Shown here in pieces: positions 17,661 to 25,351 of a stretch of DNA of 25,541 nt. The stretch spans positions 1-25,541 of the IMG/VR virus record IMGVR_UViG_3300020594_000016; one strand, given 5' to 3'. The translations under genes were made by a program, and so were the position numbers. The notes beneath the pieces were generated by a model. That model was not told the DNA's origin, did not search any database, and saw nothing but the letters and a program-made list of their open reading frames with translations. The stretch is from a virus (lineage: Duplodnaviria; Caudoviricetes). Numbering within the stretch: the first letter of the stretch is position 1; the number at the start of each line of letters is the position of its first letter.

Positions 17661-18065
17661 TCAGTTGAACATAAATGAATTATCAGGATACTTTACGTTT
17701 TCCGGTGAATCGTAAGACTCGGGACAATTACGCAGAGCTTCACGGTACTGAGCAAGAGTGATGCGCCTACTGCCTACATCTTCCCCAAGAATCTGCTTAT
17801 CGTTAAGAATCTTCTCGTAGTTGTCAGCATCTTTGAGTAATGAATCACGTTTTGTGCGCACTATTGACCAATCAACAGCCTTCTTCTTGATGACTCGATT
17901 GAATGCCATTTCAGGCTCTACGAGGACGTAATTGAACTGGTTCATGATGCCTGCACGCATATTCTCAGCTTCGACATCAGTCACCTCGACTGAGCGGAAT
18001 TCGTCAGATTTGGATTCTGAAATATAGAGAACTTGTAGGTCTTGGTTAACGATTGCAAATTGCAT
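17661..18065 (-). CDS. Fibre assembly chaperone (Tfa-like)
   Basis: ATG 18065 with GGAGG RBS. C-terminal RxxRDxLL...YREALRxxP....P...YP motif; follows the fibre gene. Confidence 0.8.
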   Translation of the reverse strand: MQFAIVNQDLQVLYISESKSDEFRSVEVTDVEAENMRAGIMNQFNYVLVEPEMAFNRVIKKKAVDWSIVRTKRDSLLKDADNYEKILNDKQILGEDVGSRRITLAQYREALRNCPESYDSPENVKYPDNSFMFN

Positions 18066-18079
18066 GTGATCCTCCCTGA

Positions 18080-19774
18080 TCACTGGACTTTTATATATGA
18101 CTTGGCACCGGATGCGGCGGGAATATTCGGCAGCTTCCACTTCTCTGTTTCGTTGAAAGCAACAGAAAAGAGATTGATGTCGCGGTTGTTCGAGCCGTGA
18201 GTGACAAGCAGTGTGCCGTTGGAACGCGGGTGGAACTGAACCGCCTTCAGGTTTGCTGAGTAGTCTTGCTGAGTCTGCAAGTTGAGGGCGTCGAAGCTAG
18301 TGAAATTGCTGGTCTTAAACACGTCGCCGGCATCGTTAGCAAGCAACACAGACTGCCCGACTATCCGTGCTGATGTGAAAGCCTGGGGCAGCGTGATCAT
18401 TGACGTAGTGACGAGCTGCTCAACGTCGAAGAGCACAGCCTTCACGAGGTCAGTGAGGTACAGCTTGCCATCGATGACATAAACGCGGTCAACAGCACTG
18501 ACGCCCACGTAGCGTGACTGCGTAGCTTCGAGGTCTGCGGCAGCGAAGCTGTCAGCGATGTGCAGGTTCGCGCCGGCCAGGACGGCGATTTTGTTGCCAA
18601 TGCGCCGGATGCAGCTTGGTCGATAGCCGACGTATGAGCCCCATGATGCTGATGAGGTTACGAGGCTCCAGGTCACGGCATCAGGTGACGAGTACACAGA
18701 AGCGCCGACCAGAGCATAGAAGCTAGCCGTTGTGGCGTCGTAGTAGAGCAGGGCAGCCTTCGAGTCATCTGTGATCGTTGCCAGTTGCACTGTAGAGAAG
18801 CTCACAAGGTCCGTGCTGACCGCGATCTCGACGATGAGGTTGCCGTAGTCGCCGAACCCTTCGCTCATGAATACGTGCTTGGAGCCGTCAGTCGCATAAC
18901 CAGAGATGGCTTCACCGCTTGTTTGGTCGCCTGCAACGCAGGGGGCAGATAATGGATCGCTGAATGGGGCAATCACACGCTTCGCGAAAGCGGACAGATC
19001 GCTGGCAAGCTCGTTGACTGTTAGCGAGCGCGGCGAAAGCAGGCTGATGACACCGGCAACATCGATTGCGAGCGTATTCAGCTGCGCCTTCCAGTCGCCT
19101 TCAGCAGCAGTATTCGACCCCATCGTGTTCGTGTACCAAACCGAGCCTGTCGGCACCTTTTCCAGGTACTCGCTGCCTGCGAGATCTGGATACCAGGACA
19201 TGTCGAACAAGCTTCCATCGCAAGCGAGCCAGGGGAAATCTTGGGCTTTAACGAACTGAGAGATCTGGCCTGCAACGAAGCCCGAACCCGAGCCGCTGGA
19301 ACCCCCCGTGACGCTGCCGCAGTCGATAGAGCTGCCATCAGAGAGGAACAGGAAGAGGTTGCCCCATGGCTGAACAGCGGCGCCGACTACAGAGATGCCG
19401 TTGCTGCCGTTGATGCCGTTCTCGCCCCTGATAGTGCCAAGAGGTACAACGCTTCCGTCGCTCATCGAGATGTTCAGCTGACCATCTGTGAGCGTGATAT
19501 TTGCTATCCCACGACCGTCTTTCCCGTCACGGCCATCGCGCCCAGGTAGCCCCTGTATACCCGCAGGGCCTTCGGCTCCTGCCGGAAGGTAGCCAGTGGA
19601 TAACTGCCTGCCGTCCGTGAGCTTGAATATAAGGTTCTTGGCTTCATTGACGAAGATGTCATCGACACCCACGCCGGCAGTGCCGGTATCGCCTTTCTTG
19701 CCAGCGATGACGAGCACATTGCCCACCGAAACCGACACTTCTTGGGTATTTTCAATCGTTGATACGCTATCCAT
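18080..19774 (-). CDS. Collagen-repeat fibre protein with tail-collar motif and probable beta-propeller
   Basis: Gly-X-Y runs, WLACDGS....YPDL collar motif, Asp-box-like repeats, C-terminal LPN...YIK. Confidence 0.8.
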   Translation of the reverse strand: MDSVSTIENTQEVSVSVGNVLVIAGKKGDTGTAGVGVDDIFVNEAKNLIFKLTDGRQLSTGYLPAGAEGPAGIQGLPGRDGRDGKDGRGIANITLTDGQLNISMSDGSVVPLGTIRGENGINGSNGISVVGAAVQPWGNLFLFLSDGSSIDCGSVTGGSSGSGSGFVAGQISQFVKAQDFPWLACDGSLFDMSWYPDLAGSEYLEKVPTGSVWYTNTMGSNTAAEGDWKAQLNTLAIDVAGVISLLSPRSLTVNELASDLSAFAKRVIAPFSDPLSAPCVAGDQTSGEAISGYATDGSKHVFMSEGFGDYGNLIVEIAVSTDLVSFSTVQLATITDDSKAALLYYDATTASFYALVGASVYSSPDAVTWSLVTSSASWGSYVGYRPSCIRRIGNKIAVLAGANLHIADSFAAADLEATQSRYVGVSAVDRVYVIDGKLYLTDLVKAVLFDVEQLVTTSMITLPQAFTSARIVGQSVLLANDAGDVFKTSNFTSFDALNLQTQQDYSANLKAVQFHPRSNGTLLVTHGSNNRDINLFSVAFNETEKWKLPNIPAASGAKSYIKVQ

Positions 19775-19870
19775 GCGCACTCACCACCTGGTCCTTTTCG
19801 CCCGTCCTGGGCGGTTGAATTTGTCTTCAAGAAAACGCTTTATTTGCCTTCAAAACCCGCTGTGTTGCGA

Positions 19871-20260
19871 TTAAACCGTCACGTCCGCCACAACCTCGAT
19901 CCTGTCCTTCCAGTCGCTTGGCGGTGGGGCCAAAGTCGTTGTTGCCAGCCCAAAAGGCGTGTCCTCGACGAGTTGGATGTCCCAGTAGTATTTGCCGGGC
20001 TCCAGGGAAGCGGTTTTGGTTGAAGGCAATGAAAGGATGCAGATGCCGGCGTCCAGGTCATCGAGCGGGCCGGAGCCAACCGGATGGGTGATCTGGAGCG
20101 TGGGAACAGGCTGATCGAGGTCAGACTTGAGCGAGAGGGTAAGCGTGGAGCCAGAGAGGAAGGGTACGGGGACATGGCTGCCGGAGCTGTCTTTGCCGCT
20201 TCTGCTCACTGTGATTTGCTTAGTATCTCCGCGCCTGAACGCACTGATGTATTTCGACAT
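19871..20260 (-). CDS. Fibre adaptor, BppU-N-like beta-sandwich (putative)
   Basis: RGDT...T..L..GKYYWDIQL...V.ADVT pattern typical of small proteins preceding collagen-like fibres. Confidence 0.6.
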   Translation of the reverse strand: MSKYISAFRRGDTKQITVSRSGKDSSGSHVPVPFLSGSTLTLSLKSDLDQPVPTLQITHPVGSGPLDDLDAGICILSLPSTKTASLEPGKYYWDIQLVEDTPFGLATTTLAPPPSDWKDRIEVVADVTV

Positions 20261-20285
20261 TACGTTTACTCTCTAATATTTGCAC

Positions 20286-20314
20286 ATTATCTAATTATTA
20301 AAGAGTAATGTAAA
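20286..20314 (-). promoter_or_regulatory. Sigma70-like promoter for the fibre cassette
   Basis: TTTACA-N17-GATAAT. Confidence 0.55.
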
Positions 20315-20355
20315 TATTAAAGATTGTGGGCAGTCTTATGCAAATTGTAGCAACA

Positions 20356-20395
20356 GGCGGTGCGGCACCTGAGACTCAAAACGTGCCACGCCGCC
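20356..20395. terminator. Imperfect GC-rich hairpin downstream of the 110-aa moron
   Basis: GGCGGTGCGGCAC...GTGCCACGCCGCC. Confidence 0.4.
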
Positions 20396-20411
20396 GTCGA
20401 TGATGGTGCTG

Positions 20412-20744
20412 CTAGCATTTAGTGGCTTCTTGCTCAACAATCTTATAGTTTGTGTGAAGATCACGAGCAATAAAGAATAACTTTTGGGCAGTTGTCTTAC
20501 TGTAATCTACTTTGCCAAGTTCGCGCAATGCAATCAAATCAATTCCAGTTCTCTTTAATATTTCATAGTGAGCGGCTCGAAAAACACCCTGCAATGATCG
20601 AAATTCCCTACGATTTTCTAATGTCGTGTTCTGTTTCCTTGTATGTATTAATCTTCCTACCAATCGATCAATGCCATATTTGTTGACATGATCCTGAACT
20701 ATGTCTTTAACAGTGCCTGCTTCTTCTCTTGTAGTTATTTCCAT
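20412..20744 (-). CDS. Hypothetical AT-rich moron protein (110 aa)
   Basis: Own promoter repeat, AGGA RBS and downstream hairpin. Confidence 0.75.
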   Translation of the reverse strand: MEITTREEAGTVKDIVQDHVNKYGIDRLVGRLIHTRKQNTTLENRREFRSLQGVFRAAHYEILKRTGIDLIALRELGKVDYSKTTAQKLFFIARDLHTNYKIVEQEATKC

Positions 20745-20769
20745 GATTACTTCCTGTTATGTTTGTTTG

Positions 20770-20824
20770 TATTTATAGTATAACGCACTTAATTGAATTT
20801 ATAACATGCAAATTGAAAATAATT
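20770..20824 (-). repeat. 55-bp promoter repeat, copy 1
   Basis: 48/55 identical, ungapped, to 25297-25351. Contains TATACT -10 on the minus strand. Confidence 0.9.
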
Positions 20825-20900
20825 AGAAAATAAATCTACAACTAAAGAATGTCGCTAGATTCATAGAAGAAAGTATTTTGTTTGTCAGCCAAATGGCAGG

Positions 20901-22439
20901 TTAAAAGTCGTCGTCATCATAGTCATCGTATGAGTCCGGCATCTCAATTACGATGTCTTTCTCGAACGTTATGGCTTTACGAGACCACTTCAGGAACTGC
21001 GATAGAGCGTCCACCTGGTCGTCATGCTTGACGAGCGGGAAATTGATCATCTCTTGCTCGAAGTCGTACATCCAAGTAGCCGTCTCCGGCAGCAACACAA
21101 GCCCAGCTTCAAGCAAAGGAGCCTGGGACGACATGCGTATGACCTTGCCGGCCTCGGGCTCAATCTTGATCACCGGCAGGCCTTCCTCGCGCATGTCCTG
21201 GATCAGCGACTGCCCAGATGCTTTGTCTTCAACGAGCACGGCAACGGGCCTGTGAAGCTCGCAGAGAGCGAATACAGTGCGTTTGAGGTTCGGGTATGTC
21301 ACCCGCTTACGCCACACATCGAGGATGTACCAGCGCTTCCGGTATTTGCCCAGGACGATGGCTACTGATGGGTCGTTCTGCTGAGCCTCTTTGTATGCGG
21401 TATCGCAGCTGATAACGATCTGATCAAAATCCACCGGGGCTTCGCGGTAGCGCTGGAACCAGCCAAGCTCGATCATTCCCCCGGTTTCTGGAGTAGGGCG
21501 CTGCTGGTACTGGCCAGAGAACATATACGGAGCTGCGTCTCGCATCCGCACCAGTTCTTCAACTGTGTGCTTGAACGGCCACAAAGCTACCAGCTCGCCA
21601 TCTTCGTTCTCGCGGAGCGCTGGTAGCTCAAGGTGGGTCCATTTCTCGCCAGTTGCACCGCCGAGCAAAAAACCGGTTGTGTCTTCTTCATGCAGACGCT
21701 GCATGACCACAATGATTGGGGTTTTGCGGCTGTTTACGCGGCTGCCAATCGTGTTGACCATCCGCCCATTGATCGTCTTCCTGAGCGCAGCAGACTCTGC
21801 ATCGGCGGGTTTGATGGGATCATCGACAATGATCGCGCCATAGAACTTGCCGTCGTCGGCAGCCTCATTGACCCACTCCAGTTCGATGCCAAGGGCCTTC
21901 AGCTCTTCAAGGTGCGATTTATCTTCGTCACCCTCGGCAGTCTCAGCAGAAGTAGAACCAGCACCAAATCCGGTTACTGCACCGCCAGAAGAGGTCGCAT
22001 ACACACCACCACCGGCAGTCGTGTACCACTTCTTCTTCGACTTAGCGTCGTCCTTAAGCCTTACGTCCGGCCACAGCGCCTGGAACTCTTCAGAGAGGAT
22101 GATCTCCTTGACTTTGGAGCTGTTATCCAGGGCCAGTTCGTCGGAATAGCTCAAGTGAATGAATTTAGCGCGGGGATTGAGCGCAATGGACCATGCCATA
22201 AACATGATCACGATCAGCTCGGTCTTGCCGTAGCGGGGCGGCATGTTGACGATGAGGCGCACGATTTCGGAGGTCGTGCAGGACATCAGGTAGCGAACAA
22301 TCTCGTGATGATGCTCAGCTACGACAAACTTCTTGCCTTCCCTCGTTTTGAAGAAGTATCGGACGAAGAAAAGGAAGTCTGTTTCGCAGCGGTGTTTCGT
22401 GATCGCCCTAGCGGCCTGGGCATGCAGTGCAGAAGACAC
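20901..22439 (-). CDS. terL: Terminase large subunit
   Basis: Walker A NMPPRYGKT, Walker B IIVDDP, MQRLH, YQQRP, and nuclease motifs SCDTA and HDDQVDA. Confidence 0.96.
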   Translation of the reverse strand: MSSALHAQAARAITKHRCETDFLFFVRYFFKTREGKKFVVAEHHHEIVRYLMSCTTSEIVRLIVNMPPRYGKTELIVIMFMAWSIALNPRAKFIHLSYSDELALDNSSKVKEIILSEEFQALWPDVRLKDDAKSKKKWYTTAGGGVYATSSGGAVTGFGAGSTSAETAEGDEDKSHLEELKALGIELEWVNEAADDGKFYGAIIVDDPIKPADAESAALRKTINGRMVNTIGSRVNSRKTPIIVVMQRLHEEDTTGFLLGGATGEKWTHLELPALRENEDGELVALWPFKHTVEELVRMRDAAPYMFSGQYQQRPTPETGGMIELGWFQRYREAPVDFDQIVISCDTAYKEAQQNDPSVAIVLGKYRKRWYILDVWRKRVTYPNLKRTVFALCELHRPVAVLVEDKASGQSLIQDMREEGLPVIKIEPEAGKVIRMSSQAPLLEAGLVLLPETATWMYDFEQEMINFPLVKHDDQVDALSQFLKWSRKAITFEKDIVIEMPDSYDDYDDDDF

Positions 22440-22814
22440 TTAATACTCTTTATCAAGTGCTCGACTGATCGCAGTGATTTGCTCTATTGTGAGAGTTACT
22501 GCACCTTCAGTCTTGATTGCTTCGCCATTCTCGCCAGTCAGCTCGGTTTTATTCGTCTCTTTCCAGCCAGCTTGAGTCTTCAGGTAGAAGAAGATCGAAG
22601 CCGGATGCCCAGCCATCACTTTCTTATAGAGCTGCCCAGCCGCCATTCCTATAGCAACGTTCTTTCCGTTGTCATAGTCCTCTTGGCAATGGCGCTGAAG
22701 GGTGCGCTTATTGAGTTTTAGAACAGAAGCGATTTGATCCCAGGTCAAGCCGTAGCCTGCTAACTCTCCGATCAAAGCGCGTTGTTCAGCAGTAATTTGA
22801 ACAGGTAGTGACAT
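22440..22814 (-). CDS. terS: Terminase small subunit
   Basis: HTH (GLTWDQIASVLKLNKRTL) and SIFFYLKTQAGWKE...ELTGENG. Abuts terL. ATG 22814 follows GAGG. Confidence 0.85.
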   Translation of the reverse strand: MSLPVQITAEQRALIGELAGYGLTWDQIASVLKLNKRTLQRHCQEDYDNGKNVAIGMAAGQLYKKVMAGHPASIFFYLKTQAGWKETNKTELTGENGEAIKTEGAVTLTIEQITAISRALDKEY

Positions 22815-22861
22815 AATTATCCTCGCCAATCCATGGCAAAGATAATTATATGGCTTATATG

Positions 22862-23452
22862 TTATTTGATAAAGATATTATCGAAAATAACAATATCCGG
22901 CAAAATGTCATACAAAGCGAGAAGCGGCTTGTTCGCAGTCAAAATGCTCAGCGCTATGTTTTCGATGTGACTTGTGCTGGGAAGACCATTCACTTGATAC
23001 AAAGAAGTGCTTTGAGCGAGCTTTATGCATCGTGCTCCATTCACTTTGAAGCAGTATACGTGATAAGTCTGGTAAATGTCGTCAACATCGATGTTTCCGC
23101 ACCATCCACATTTCTCTTCATCTTCAAGCGTAGCGATGTCGCCCCGCTCATTTCGAAGCGTAAAATAGATAGAAAAGGATGGAAAAGGAAAAGCGAGGCG
23201 ATCAATGTAGAAGTCATTATCGACAGTCGCATGCTCAAAGCAAAACGAAACAACGCCTTCGTTCAGCAGCTTAGGATCAAGTTCAACGGCTGTCTCAGCA
23301 TACTCCCGAAGCTCAAGAACGGAAGCAACAGTCCTCTCATCGTTCTCAGCGAATCTAGCAATACCGCAAGCATGAACAACGGGAGGAAAGCTCTCTTCTA
23401 CAAATTTCTTAACAGCTTCGAAGTCGAATTTGAGATCAATCACTTGAGGCAT
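22862..23452 (-). CDS. Hypothetical acidic protein (~196 aa)
   Basis: Co-oriented ORF with globular composition. Start uncertain (23452 or 23542). Confidence 0.6.
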   Translation of the reverse strand: MPQVIDLKFDFEAVKKFVEESFPPVVHACGIARFAENDERTVASVLELREYAETAVELDPKLLNEGVVSFCFEHATVDNDFYIDRLAFPFPSFSIYFTLRNERGDIATLEDEEKCGWCGNIDVDDIYQTYHVYCFKVNGARCIKLAQSTSLYQVNGLPSTSHIENIALSILTANKPLLALYDILPDIVIFDNIFIK

Positions 23453-23580
23453 CCAGGTTAAAAGGTGCCGAAAATCTAGCGATATAAATTGCAAAGTCAA
23501 TGGCGGGTTATTTGGCAACAAAACGCACGGTGAAATTGTCATTCAACTACAAAAAACTGTATTTGAAAGCAAAACTTTTG

Positions 23581-23838
23581 TTATTTGGTGTCAATAGATT
23601 TGGCAAAAATGTTTGCCTTTGGGGCATTGAATTCAGCGTCATGAGATGTGGGCGGCAAGGATAGGGCGTCAACGATGCTGCCGGGCTTGATGATGATCTG
23701 CTGGTAGTGAGCGTGTGAGATCAGCACAAAAGCAGGCTTGCCGCCTTCTGTGACGAATACCGGGGCTTCCTGGGCTGCTTTCAGTGCAGATTTGGGATGC
23801 TGCTCAAGCTCTTCAGTCGTGATTTCGCTACTCATCAT
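23581..23838 (-). CDS. Phd/YefM (StbC-like) antitoxin, orphan
   Basis: KAAQEAPVFVTEGGKPAFVLIS..YQ.I....SIVDAL..P....EF..PK matches the Phd antitoxins normally paired with PIN toxins. GGAGG RBS. Confidence 0.8.
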   Translation of the reverse strand: MMSSEITTEELEQHPKSALKAAQEAPVFVTEGGKPAFVLISHAHYQQIIIKPGSIVDALSLPPTSHDAEFNAPKANIFAKSIDTK

Positions 23839-23996
23839 GTTCTACTCCTCCAGCCAAGAAGAGAAAGGATAGAACAGATTGATGCGCTGAACTAAATGAA
23901 ACAGCAATGTTTATGGGAGTGACAAGGCAAGACTAAATATCTACATAACCATCGATTAATTAAGAAGATATTTAGCTGACTTATCTTGAAATTTGA

Positions 23997-24323
23997 CTAT
24001 TTTCTGATGATGTTGATCGCAACTTTGGTTCTTTCTTCTACGCAGTCTGAAAACTGTTCGAGTAAATACTGATTTCTGGCTGAGTAGCTTTTGCCGGCGA
24101 CGTTTCTGGCTTTACCCATCAATTTTGCGTACTCGTCATGCTCAGAAATACGCTGCTCGATAGCGAGGAAGAGACCACGGTCGAAGAGGTTGAACGTGTG
24201 CTGCGAGGCCTCGATGCGAGCGTCGCAGAGCCCTACAGATGAGCGAACGAAGTCATCTACGGGCGTTTCGACTGCCTGGGCTGCTGATGAAAGGAGGGCA
24301 AAAGCGAGGAATGTGTAGCGCAT
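23997..24323 (-). CDS. Exported hypothetical protein
   Basis: Sec signal peptide MRYTFLAFALLSSAAQA, two Cys, AAGGA RBS. Confidence 0.75.
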   Translation of the reverse strand: MRYTFLAFALLSSAAQAVETPVDDFVRSSVGLCDARIEASQHTFNLFDRGLFLAIEQRISEHDEYAKLMGKARNVAGKSYSARNQYLLEQFSDCVEERTKVAINIIRK

Positions 24324-24389
24324 GGTTTCATCCTTATTATTGTTGTTTTGTGGATTTCGGAGGCCTTGGCCCGGCCTCCAGGGCTTGAG

Positions 24390-24734
24390 TCAGTCGTGGA
24401 TGCCTACCTGCTCCAGGAAGTCACGGTGCTCGGGGCTATCGCCGATAAAGCCTAGAATCGTGTGTTGGTCATATCCGTACGACTCGTAGTCGAAAACAGT
24501 GGGATCGCTATCAATGTGTGACTTTGAATTCTTGTAGATAGTTTGCGTAAACCGAAGACTATACATTGGCATGCCTGGCTTGAAGTCTTGCGGGCCAGAC
24601 TCATGGTCAGTGTAAAGCAATTCAATCCGGAAACTTTCTTTGTGCCAACCACGATTTCTGATTAGATCGTACGTGCAATATGCGTACGTTTTGTCATCCG
24701 GTAAGTCAGTATAAATTTTGAAATTCTTGATCAT
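24390..24734 (-). CDS. Hypothetical protein (114 aa)
   Basis: Co-oriented ORF flanked by an AT-rich upstream spacer and a downstream hairpin (24359-24379). Confidence 0.65.
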   Translation of the reverse strand: MIKNFKIYTDLPDDKTYAYCTYDLIRNRGWHKESFRIELLYTDHESGPQDFKPGMPMYSLRFTQTIYKNSKSHIDSDPTVFDYESYGYDQHTILGFIGDSPEHRDFLEQVGIHD

Positions 24735-24876
24735 TTTGCATCGAACTTTTTGATTGCCAATACAGATATATTATCAAAATTTACTAATAAAAACAATTGA
24801 CAGTAGGAATGGAGTGAGGCAGGAGCAGAGCGCAGGTCGAAAGAAAAGCGTGTACAAGTTCAACAGTTGGGAGGGT

Positions 24877-24902
24877 GAAAGAAATCCGGCTTTGCCGGAC
24901 TT
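24877..24902 (-). terminator. Rho-independent terminator
   Basis: Minus strand AAGTCCGGC-AAA-GCCGGATTTCTTTC just after the stop at 24914. Confidence 0.8.
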
Positions 24903-24913
24903 GCTTGTCATGT

Positions 24914-25255
24914 TTAGCTCCTGGCTCTTTGCTGAACTCGCGCATTCATTTTGGATACGAAGTCATGAGCAGCTAGTAACAGGGCATCTTTTGCAGCGAC
25001 AGCTTCAGGTGGTATGTCGATTTTGAGGCCGTGGAGCTTGCAGGTACGGTTTTCGACGGTCATGTAGATGAAGACATTTGCGAAGCTATTTGAGCCGTTC
25101 AAAAAGATTCGAGAGTGATCTCTGTATCCCTTCACCTTCTCGCCGCTTTCTGTAGAAAAGGAGCATGATCGGCTGGTTTCACGCGGGTCTTCATAGTAAT
25201 TCACGATATATGCAGGATCTATTTGTTTGATTGATTCTAGTTTGGCGGCTTTCAT
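24914..25255 (-). CDS. Hypothetical protein (~113 aa)
   Basis: ATG 25255 with AAGGA RBS, own promoter repeat and terminator. Confidence 0.7.
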   Translation of the reverse strand: MKAAKLESIKQIDPAYIVNYYEDPRETSRSCSFSTESGEKVKGYRDHSRIFLNGSNSFANVFIYMTVENRTCKLHGLKIDIPPEAVAAKDALLLAAHDFVSKMNARVQQRARS

Positions 25256-25296
25256 TTGGTTATCCTTATTGTTATTTGAAAACTTCTTTGCTTTCA

Positions 25297-25351
25297 TATT
25301 TATAGTATAACGTACTTTATTTAAGTTTTAACATGGAAAATGAAAATAATT
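25297..25351 (-). repeat. 55-bp promoter repeat, copy 2
   Basis: 48/55 identical to 20770-20824. Confidence 0.9.

Noticed and set aside
19504-19830. Alternative-frame ORF overlapping the fibre start, beginning with collagen-like GRKGPGG
   Set aside because: Too short a match, no slippery site or RBS, and the rest is out-of-frame fibre sequence.
21633-22721. 362-aa plus-strand ORF
   Set aside because: Antisense to clearly identified terL and terS.
22850-23461. 203-aa plus-strand ORF
   Set aside because: Codon-in-register antisense shadow of 22862-23452, with no recognisable motif or RBS. Not fully excluded.
23557-23572. Possible LexA box CTGTATTTGAAAGCAA (also a half-site near 24760-24775)
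   Set aside because: Only one half-site matches; CTG-N10-CAG is not satisfied.
25256-25297. Upstream start MKAKKF for the last ORF
   Set aside because: That ATG abuts the promoter repeat and has no SD. ATG 25255 has AAGGA.
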